DNA from: Halomicrobium mukohataei DSM 12286
Lineage (GTDB): Archaea; Halobacteriota; Halobacteria; Halobacteriales; Haloarculaceae
Length of the DNA stretch: 32,000 nucleotides
Direction: 5' to 3'
Assembly (NCBI RefSeq): GCF_000023965.1
Contig: NC_013202.1
Coordinates: 2,520,001 to 2,552,000, forward strand
Below are positions 25,239-32,000 of this stretch, in pieces. The position numbers were made by a program, and so were the translations under genes. A model generated the notes under the pieces. The model saw only the letters and a program-made list of their open reading frames with translations. It made no database searches and was not told the DNA's origin. Every line of letters begins with the position of its first letter. Position 1 is the first letter of the stretch.

Positions 25239-26656
25239 GCCAGAACACACTGTACGACAAGGTCTGGGACCGGCACAAAGTCACGACCCTGCCCAACGGG
25301 CAGGACCAGCTGTTCGTCGGGCTCCACCTCATCCACGAGGTCACGAGTCCCCAGGCGTTCGGGATGCTCAAAGAGCGCGGCCTCGAAGTCGCGCGGCCGG
25401 ACCTGACCCACGCGACGGTCGACCACATCGTCCCGACCGGGAACCAGGATCGGCCCTACGCCGAAGACGCGGCCGAGAGCATGATGGTCGAGCTAGAGGA
25501 GAACGTCCGCGACGCGGGCATCCAGTTCTCCGATCCGACGACCGGCGATCAGGGGATCGTCCACGTCATCGGGCCGGAGCAGGGGATCACCCAGCCCGGC
25601 AAGACGATCGTCTGTGGCGACAGCCACACGTCGACACACGGCGCGTTCGGCGCGCTCGCGTTCGGGATCGGCACGAGCCAGATCCGGGACGTGCTGGCGA
25701 CCCAGACCATCGCGATGGAGAAACAGAAGGTCCGGAAGATCCAGGTCGACGGCGAACTCGGCGAGGGCGTCGAGGCTAAGGACATCATCCTGGAGATCAT
25801 CCGCCGGCTCGGCACCGAGGGCGGCGTCGGCTACGTCTACGAGTACGCCGGTGAGGCCATCGAGAACCTCGGGATGGAAGGGCGGATGTCCATCTGTAAC
25901 ATGTCCATCGAAGGTGGTGCCCGTGCGGGCTACGTCAACCCCGACGAGACCACCTACGAGTGGCTCGAAGCGACGGACTACTTCCAGGAGCACCCCGAGA
26001 AGTTCGACGAACTGAAGCCCTACTGGGAGTCGATCCGGAGCGACGACGACGCCGAGTACGACGACGTGGTCCACATCGACGCCTCGGAGCTGGACCCCGT
26101 CGTGACGTGGGGGACCACCCCCGGTCAGGGCATCGGCATCCACGACCCGATTCCGGCACCCGAGGACCTGGCCGACGGCAAGCAGGACACGGCGCGACGC
26201 GCACAGGAACACATGCGCGTCGAACCCGGCGAGACCATGGAAGGCTACGACATCGACGTGGCCTTCCTGGGCTCGTGTACCAACGCCCGCCTGCCCGACC
26301 TGCGTCGGGCCGCCCGTATCGTCGAGGGTCGCGAGGTCGCAGACGACGTGCGCGCGATGGTCGTCCCCGGCAGCCAGCGCGTTCAGCAGGCCGCCAAAGA
26401 GGAGGGCCTGAAGGACATCTTCGAGGAGGCCGGCTTCGACTGGCGCAACGCCGGCTGCTCGATGTGTCTGGGCATGAACGAGGACCAGCTCGAAGGCGAC
26501 GAGGCCTGTGCGTCCTCGTCGAACCGGAACTTCGTCGGCCGCCAGGGGAGCAAGGACGGTCGCACCGTCCTGATGAACCCCCGGATGGTCGCAGCCGCGG
26601 CGATCACCGGCGAGGTCTCTGACGTGCGCGAACTGGAGGAGGTGCAGACTGCATGA
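25235..26656 (+). CDS. leuC: 3-isopropylmalate dehydratase large subunit
   Basis: Aconitase-family motifs are present: [46 protein letters not shown] and CSMCLGMN. The ORF is 473 aa. Confidence 0.95.
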   Translation: MSQNTLYDKVWDRHKVTTLPNGQDQLFVGLHLIHEVTSPQAFGMLKERGLEVARPDLTHATVDHIVPTGNQDRPYAEDAAESMMVELEENVRDAGIQFSDPTTGDQGIVHVIGPEQGITQPGKTIVCGDSHTSTHGAFGALAFGIGTSQIRDVLATQTIAMEKQKVRKIQVDGELGEGVEAKDIILEIIRRLGTEGGVGYVYEYAGEAIENLGMEGRMSICNMSIEGGARAGYVNPDETTYEWLEATDYFQEHPEKFDELKPYWESIRSDDDAEYDDVVHIDASELDPVVTWGTTPGQGIGIHDPIPAPEDLADGKQDTARRAQEHMRVEPGETMEGYDIDVAFLGSCTNARLPDLRRAARIVEGREVADDVRAMVVPGSQRVQQAAKEEGLKDIFEEAGFDWRNAGCSMCLGMNEDQLEGDEACASSSNRNFVGRQGSKDGRTVLMNPRMVAAAAITGEVSDVRELEEVQTA

Positions 26657-27297
26657 CCGACGCCACCGAGGACATCCCCTCCGTCGACTACGTCGAGGGC
26701 AGCGGCGTCCCGATCCGCGGGAACGACATCGACACCGACCAGATCATCCCCGCGCGGTTCATGAAGGTCGTCACGTTCGACGGACTGGGCGAGTTCGCCT
26801 TCTTCGACCTGCGCTTCGACGACGACGACAACCAGAAAGACCACCCGTTCAACGAGGAGCGCTTCCAGGACGCCAACGTGCTGGTCGTCAACGACAACTT
26901 CGGCTGTGGCTCCTCTCGCGAACACGCGCCCCAGGCCCTGATGCGCTGGGGGATCGACGCCATCATCGGCGAGGGCTTCGCCGAGATCTTCGCCGGCAAC
27001 TGCCTCGCGCTCGGCATCCCGACCGTGACGGCCGACCACGAGACGATCAACGATCTCCAGCAGTGGGTCGACGACAACCCCGACGGCGAGATCGAGGTCG
27101 ACGTGGCGGCCGAGACGGTCACGTATGGGGGCAACGAGATCGGCGTCAGCGTCGACAGCGCCCAGCGGCAGGCCCTCGTCGAGGGTATCTGGGACACGAC
27201 CGCGCTGATGAAGTCCAACGAGCAGGCCATCGCGGCGACGGCCGACTCGCTGCCCTACGTCGACCAGACCCGAGACGAGATCCACTCCGACGACTGA
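26653..27297 (+). CDS. leuD: 3-isopropylmalate dehydratase small subunit
   Basis: It has [12 protein letters not shown] and [15 protein letters not shown]. The ATG overlaps the leuC stop (ATGA). Confidence 0.95.
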   Translation: MTDATEDIPSVDYVEGSGVPIRGNDIDTDQIIPARFMKVVTFDGLGEFAFFDLRFDDDDNQKDHPFNEERFQDANVLVVNDNFGCGSSREHAPQALMRWGIDAIIGEGFAEIFAGNCLALGIPTVTADHETINDLQQWVDDNPDGEIEVDVAAETVTYGGNEIGVSVDSAQRQALVEGIWDTTALMKSNEQAIAATADSLPYVDQTRDEIHSDD

Positions 27298-27314
27298 TCG
27301 TCGGCTGTGACTCT

Positions 27315-27355
27315 GTGACGGAGTTCGCCGTCCCGAAGTGGACGAACTCCGTCAC
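27315..27355. terminator. Perfect 13-bp inverted repeat (hairpin) just downstream of leuD; terminator/processing site or operator candidate
   Basis: The structure is GTGACGGAGTTCG (27315..27327), a 15-nt loop, then CGAACTCCGTCAC (27343..27355). It starts 18 nt after the leuD stop. The function is inferred only. Confidence 0.4.
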
Positions 27356-27474
27356 GAAGGACGGCTAACAGGACGAGCGGCGACAGCCGACGACGCCGGG
27401 TTTTCCAGCGTCAGACGGCGACGGAACGCGGTAACGAGCGGCTAACAAACCGAAGTCGGCGTCTGCCATCGGTC

Positions 27475-28116
27475 ATGGCCACGCACGAACGCGGTGAGCG
27501 ACCGTCACTGGTGGGGTGGATGACGACCGTGCGCGCGTTCTCGATACTCGCGTGTACCCTCGTCGAGACGGCGGCGCTCGTGATCTGGCTGGCGGTCGTT
27601 CAGACCGCGGCGCTTTCCTCGGCGACGACACTCGTCGGCTGTGGCATCCTCGCAGTCGGACTCGTCGTCGAACGCATCCTGAAGGACCTGACAGTCAACG
27701 GCGTCGCCCTCACCGTGTCGACGGGGGCGCTGGTCGGTCTCACAGTCGCCGAGACGACGGCGTGGACCCTGTGGCTGGCGGTCGCCGAAGCATCGATCGC
27801 GGTCGAGGGGTTCGTGCTCGCGGCGACGGTCCTCGCCGTCTCGCTGGCCGTGCTGTACACGGTAGAGGACAGCGCACTCCGGGGCGTGACGCCTCACTCG
27901 TCGCTACTGGACCCCGGAACCGCCAGTATCGGCCTCGTCACGGCAGTCGGGGCCACGGCCTGGCTGCTGTGTGAACTGCGACCGGCGACGGCCGCGCGGT
28001 GGCTCGGGACCGTCGGGATCGAGCGCGCCGACCTCTCTCTCGCGGGCCTCGCTGTGCTCGCGCTCGCGGTGTTCGTCACGCACAACGTCGGCGTCGCCTA
28101 CGCACGCAGTTCGTAG
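27475..28116 (+). CDS. Polytopic membrane protein of unknown function, inserted between leuD and leuB
   Basis: The 213-aa ORF has roughly 5-6 Ala/Leu/Val-rich hydrophobic segments (for example [21 protein letters not shown] and [18 protein letters not shown]). Confidence 0.55.
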   Translation: MATHERGERPSLVGWMTTVRAFSILACTLVETAALVIWLAVVQTAALSSATTLVGCGILAVGLVVERILKDLTVNGVALTVSTGALVGLTVAETTAWTLWLAVAEASIAVEGFVLAATVLAVSLAVLYTVEDSALRGVTPHSSLLDPGTASIGLVTAVGATAWLLCELRPATAARWLGTVGIERADLSLAGLAVLALAVFVTHNVGVAYARSS

Positions 28117-28208
28117 GCCGTGGGGCGTTCGCGTCCGTCGGTCCCGCTCTGCGAGGGCGGACGAGCGGTATCGACACCCTCTTTTCGACGCCCGCGAGAC
28201 GTACGCGC

Positions 28209-29189
28209 ATGACTCACGAGATCGCAGTGATTCCCGGCGACGGGATCGGACAGGAGGTCACGCCCGCGGCCGTCGACGTACTGGAGGCGCTCGACGTCGA
28301 CTTCGCATTCGTCGAGGGCGAGGCCGGCGACGCAGTGAAGGCCGAGACCGGCGAGGCACTGCCACAGGAGACCCGCGAGATCGCCGCCGACGCCGACGCG
28401 ACGCTGTTCGGTGCGGCCGGCGAGACGGCCGCCGACGTGATCTTGCCGCTCCGGCAGGTCGTCGACTCCTTCGCCAACGTCCGCCCGGCCATCTCTTACC
28501 CCGGCCTGGACGCCGTACAGCCCGACACGGATCTCGTGTTCATTCGGGAGAACACGGAGGGGGTCTACAAGGGCATCGAGAGCGAGATCACCGACGGTGT
28601 CACCACCTGTACGCGCGTGATTACCGAGGACGCCTCCGAGAAGATCGCCGACTTCGGCTTCGACTACGCCCGCCAGAACGACTACGACGACGTGACCATC
28701 GCCCACAAGGCAAACGTCATGCGCGAGACCGACGGCCTGTTCCTCGACACCGCCGAGGCGGTCGGAGCGGACCGCGGTGCCGACTACGACACCGCGCTGA
28801 TGGACGCGCTGGCGATGCATCTGGTCATGCACCCCGAGGACTACGGCGTCGTGATCTGTCCGAACCTCGCCGGGGACATGCTGTCGGACCTCGCGGCCGG
28901 GCTGGTCGGCGGCCTCGGTCTGCTACCGAGCGCGAACGTCGGCGAGGACAACGCGCTGTTCGAACCGGTCCACGGCTCCGCGCCGGACATCGCGGGCGAG
29001 GGGGTCGCAAACCCGGCTGCGATGATCCTCTCGGCCGCGATGCTGCTCGATCATCTGGGGTACGAAGACGAGGGCGACCGCGTTCGAACGGCCGTCGAAG
29101 CGACGCTCGAAGACGGTCCGAAGACGCCGGACCTCGGCGGCTCGGCCTCGACCGAGGCGGTCACCGAGGCCGTCGTCGACCGGCTCTAG
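28209..29189 (+). CDS. leuB: 3-isopropylmalate dehydrogenase
   Basis: The ATG at 28209 gives [17 protein letters not shown]. Also present are [11 protein letters not shown] and the isocitrate/IPM dehydrogenase signature [25 protein letters not shown]. Confidence 0.9.
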   Translation: MTHEIAVIPGDGIGQEVTPAAVDVLEALDVDFAFVEGEAGDAVKAETGEALPQETREIAADADATLFGAAGETAADVILPLRQVVDSFANVRPAISYPGLDAVQPDTDLVFIRENTEGVYKGIESEITDGVTTCTRVITEDASEKIADFGFDYARQNDYDDVTIAHKANVMRETDGLFLDTAEAVGADRGADYDTALMDALAMHLVMHPEDYGVVICPNLAGDMLSDLAAGLVGGLGLLPSANVGEDNALFEPVHGSAPDIAGEGVANPAAMILSAAMLLDHLGYEDEGDRVRTAVEATLEDGPKTPDLGGSASTEAVTEAVVDRL

Positions 29190-29263
29190 ATCACTCAGTT
29201 TCGAGCAAAAACGAACAGCAACGATAGAAAGTAGTAAGTTCGCCGGCCACGAACGGCGGTGTA

Positions 29264-30028
29264 ATGCTGCCAGCCGAGCGCAAGCGGCGGATCGTCGAAC
29301 TCGTCACGGAGCGTGACGGCTGTTCTGTCGCCCGACTCGCGACCGAACTCGACTTCTCGAAAGCGACGATCCGGCGCGACCTACAGGAGCTCGAAGACGA
29401 CGGCCGGATCGAACGATCACACGGCGGTGCCGTCCCTGCGTCGTCGGTCGGACAGGAGCGCCCGTACGGCCAGCGCGAAGTCGACCGACTGGACGCCAAA
29501 CAGGCCATCGCCGCCCGCGCGGTCGACCTGTTGCAGGACGCGCAGGTGGTGTCGTTCGACGCCGGGACGACGACGATGGCCGTCGCACGTGCGCTGCCCA
29601 GCGAGGCCGGCGTCGAGGCGGTGACGAACATGCCGGATCTGGCGACGACCCTGCTGGACAAAGGCATCGAGGTGACGGTGACCGGCGGGACTTTGCGCCG
29701 CCGGACTCGGGCGCTGGTCGGTCCGACCGCCCAGCGGTTCCTCGACGACCACCACGTCGACCTGCTGTTCGTCGGGACGAACAGCATCGACGCGACGGCC
29801 GGGCTGACGACCCCCAACGAGGCCGAGGCCGCTGTCAAGTCCCGGTTCGTCGAGCAGGCCAGCCGCGTCGTGCTCGTCGCTGACAGCTCGAAGTTCGACG
29901 AGCAGTCGTTCGTCACCGTCGCCGCCCTCGACGCGGTCGACACGCTGGTGACCGACCGCACGCCGGACGGTGCGCTGGCCGCCGCCCTCGACGAGGCCGA
30001 CGTGACCGTCCTGGAGGCAGACGCGTGA
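29264..30028 (+). CDS. glpR: DeoR family transcriptional regulator (GlpR-type)
   Basis: It has an N-terminal wHTH (RKRRIVELVTERDGCSVARLATELDFSKATIRRDLQELEDDGRIERSHGGA) and a DeoR C-terminal sensor domain. It is translationally coupled (GTGA) to pfkB. I recognise the gene order from haloarchaeal glpR-pfkB operons. Confidence 0.85.
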   Translation: MLPAERKRRIVELVTERDGCSVARLATELDFSKATIRRDLQELEDDGRIERSHGGAVPASSVGQERPYGQREVDRLDAKQAIAARAVDLLQDAQVVSFDAGTTTMAVARALPSEAGVEAVTNMPDLATTLLDKGIEVTVTGGTLRRRTRALVGPTAQRFLDDHHVDLLFVGTNSIDATAGLTTPNEAEAAVKSRFVEQASRVVLVADSSKFDEQSFVTVAALDAVDTLVTDRTPDGALAAALDEADVTVLEADA

Positions 30029-30933
30029 TCCTCACGGTCACCTACAACCCCGCCGTCGACCAGACGGTCACCTTCGACGAGCCACTGGCCAGCGAGACGG
30101 TCAACAGAGCGACCGACGCGCAGTTCGACGCCGGTGGCAAGGGGATCAACGTCTCGCAGTTCCTGACAGCGATGGACACCGCTACCGTCGCTACCGGGCT
30201 CCTGGGCGGCTTTACGGGAACCTTCGTCACGGAACAGCTCGAAGCGGCCGACATTCCCGCGGAGTTCGTCACCGTCGACGAGCCGACGCGGCTCAACACG
30301 ACCGCGCTGGCCGGCGGAGCCGACTACAAGCTCAACCAGGCGGGCCCCACCGTCGACGCGAGCGCCGTCGACGACCTCGTCGATCGCATCGCCGACCACG
30401 AGCCGGCCCGCGTGCTCGTCGGTGGCAGTCTCCCGCCGGGACTGGAGAGCGACGCCATCGACCGCATCGCCTCGTCCGGACCGTGGCGGACGGCCGTCGA
30501 CGTCGAAGGCGAGACGCTACGGACGCTGTCGGCCGACTACGCGCTGTGCAAGCCCAACCGCGAGGAGCTGGCCGCAGCCACCGAGACGACCGTCGAGACC
30601 GTCGAGGAGTGTGTGGCGGCCGCCAGCGCGCTCGGAGAGCGGGGCTTCGAGCGCGTCGTCGCGTCGCTGGGTGCCGACGGAGCCGTCCTCGTCGGTCCCG
30701 ACGGGGCCGTCCACGCCGAACCGCTGGCCGTCGATGTCGTCGACACGGTCGGTGCCGGCGACGCGCTGCTGTCGGGCGTGCTGGCGTCGCTCGAACGCGG
30801 TGAGAGTGACGAACTCGCGCTGGCGACGGGAGTGGCGGTCGCGTCGCGCGTGGTGTCGCAGGCGGGGACCGGCGTTCCGGACCTCGACGGCGTCTTCGAG
30901 GATCGGTCCGCCGTCGAGACGCGACGGCTCTAG
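30025..30933 (+). CDS. pfkB: 1-phosphofructokinase (PfkB family)
   Basis: MILTVTYNPAVDQTV, GGKGINVS and DTVGAGDALLSG are present. The GTG start overlaps the glpR stop. Confidence 0.85.
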   Translation: MILTVTYNPAVDQTVTFDEPLASETVNRATDAQFDAGGKGINVSQFLTAMDTATVATGLLGGFTGTFVTEQLEAADIPAEFVTVDEPTRLNTTALAGGADYKLNQAGPTVDASAVDDLVDRIADHEPARVLVGGSLPPGLESDAIDRIASSGPWRTAVDVEGETLRTLSADYALCKPNREELAAATETTVETVEECVAAASALGERGFERVVASLGADGAVLVGPDGAVHAEPLAVDVVDTVGAGDALLSGVLASLERGESDELALATGVAVASRVVSQAGTGVPDLDGVFEDRSAVETRRL

Positions 30934-32000
30934 AACTTCGTCCCGTACTCGTCGACGAACGCACGGACCGCCTCGAACGTCGGTGGTTCGCCGCTGCGCA
31001 CGAACGCACCGGCGACGGCGTTGCCGACGACGACGGCACCGGCCGGATCCACACCGGCGACCAGTGCCAGCGCGAGGCCGGCGTTGAAGTGGTCGCCGGC
31101 ACTCGTCGTCAACTCGGGGTCGTCGACGGACGGGACGGCTACGTCCGTGGTCCCGTCGGCCCCAGCGACCAGCGACCGGTCGACGCCGTGCGAGACGAAC
31201 AGGCTGGCGTCGAAGGTCTCGCGGAGCGTGCGAGCCTTCGCTTCGAGCGATTCCTCGCTGCCGTCGCCGTAGGTCTCTGCGAGGAGTTGGGTCTCGGCGC
31301 GGTTGGCCGAGACGACGACGCGCGTCTTGGCCGCGAGGCGACCGATGGCACCGGTCCCGCCGTCGAGGCGCTCGGCGTCGAGCTTCCGTACGTCGCCGGG
31401 ATCGACGAGCACCGTCTCGGGCGGCTCGTCGATGTCGTCCCAGAGCCCGGCGATCCCGTCGAGTACGTCCGGCAGGTCGGGCGTCTCCGCCCAGTAGCCG
31501 GTGCCAAGCAGGGCCGCACCGTCGAGCCGGTCGCGGAGACGTTCTCGACCGAGCCGGTCCGTGAGAAACGACCAGTCCAGGTCCATCGTCGTCCCGTTCT
31601 CGATGAGCATGAGCTTGCCGTCGTCGAACTCGACGGCGTCCGTGTAGCCCGGTTGTCCCAGCGAGTGCAGCTCGCAGTCGGCGAACTCGTCGGCGAACAC
31701 GTCACGCACCGGCTGGCCGTACATCCCGATCATCACCGGATCGAAGCCCCAGCCGCCGAAGGCCCGAGCGAGGTGGCTCGTGTGGCCGCCGGTCCGGGTC
31801 CCTCGCTGGAGCCACTCGAAGGAGAGGGAGCTGTCGGCCGCGACGGAGTCGTGGACGCGATCGCCAAAGCCCGCCAGCGTGTCCAGTCGGTCGTAGTCGT
31901 CGGGATCGTGGCGATCGGCGACGACCTCGCGGACGCGGTCGACGTAGCCGTCGAAGCCGAAGACGACTCGCTCGCTCGGGACTGTCTCCGGGAGCTGTGC
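30930..32000 (-). CDS. Ribokinase-superfamily sugar kinase-like protein (ADP-dependent-kinase/PfkC-like layout), 5' end outside window
   Basis: I translated the frame by hand and it stays open from 31736 up to about 31920 (...DYDRLDTLAGFGDRVHDSVAADSSLSFEWLQRGTRTGGHTSHLARAFGGWGFDPVMIGMYGQPV...). I did not check the last ~80 nt of the window, so the run-off is inferred. A C-terminal TSAGDHFNAG motif is present. The stop shares CTAG with the pfkB stop. Confidence 0.55.
   Translation of the reverse strand, partial: AQLPETVPSERVVFGFDGYVDRVREVVADRHDPDDYDRLDTLAGFGDRVHDSVAADSSLSFEWLQRGTRTGGHTSHLARAFGGWGFDPVMIGMYGQPVRDVFADEFADCELHSLGQPGYTDAVEFDDGKLMLIENGTTMDLDWSFLTDRLGRERLRDRLDGAALLGTGYWAETPDLPDVLDGIAGLWDDIDEPPETVLVDPGDVRKLDAERLDGGTGAIGRLAAKTRVVVSANRAETQLLAETYGDGSEESLEAKARTLRETFDASLFVSHGVDRSLVAGADGTTDVAVPSVDDPELTTSAGDHFNAGLALALVAGVDPAGAVVVGNAVAGAFVRSGEPPTFEAVRAFVDEYGTKF

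Noticed and set aside
1-32000. CRISPR arrays, rRNA genes, cas genes or restriction-modification/defence genes.
   Set aside because: No regularly spaced direct repeats and no rRNA-like sequence are present. Apart from TnpB, no nuclease, methylase or cas signatures were recognised in any credible ORF.

Overview
This is a high-GC window with acidic proteins, typical of a haloarchaeal (Halobacteria-type) chromosome, and it is mostly housekeeping. Features from left to right:
- **Redox genes:** a glutaredoxin-like gene and msrB.
- **ATPase:** a short HerA/DUF87-like P-loop ATPase.
- **tRNAs:** tRNA-Thr(UGU) and tRNA-Ser(UGA).
- **Metabolic and repair genes:** GNAT, CBS-domain proteins, GTP cyclohydrolase III, a secreted surface protein, a lactonase, aroC and aroA, a family-4 uracil-DNA glycosylase and an M24 peptidase.
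- **Mobile element:** one intact IS200/IS605 element (tnpA plus tnpB) inserted next to a conserved RHH regulator.
- **Branched-chain amino-acid cluster:** leuA-ilvB-ilvN-ilvC-(small ORF)-leuC-leuD-(membrane ORF)-leuB.
- **Sugar genes:** glpR-pfkB and a convergent sugar kinase that runs off the window.

No rRNA genes or CRISPR arrays are present, and I see no clear defence island.

Main observations beyond standard annotation:
1. Two perfectly identical 84-bp, internally palindromic AT-rich elements lie in inverted orientation. They bracket a 16.4-kb segment that starts next to tRNA-Thr.
2. The IS has definable hairpin ends, a TTGAT flank and a predicted omega-RNA/guide region. Its right end abuts the stop codon of a neighbouring gene.
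3. The well-placed leaderless ATG of leuA is in a different frame from the catalytic N-terminus, an apparent +1 frameshift.
4. A translationally coupled 74-aa acidic, His-containing ORF is embedded between ilvC and leuC.
5. The leuA-ilvB and leuD-leuB spacers are structured.

I found no compelling evidence for a wholly new multi-gene system. All functional calls rest on motif recognition by eye, without database searches.
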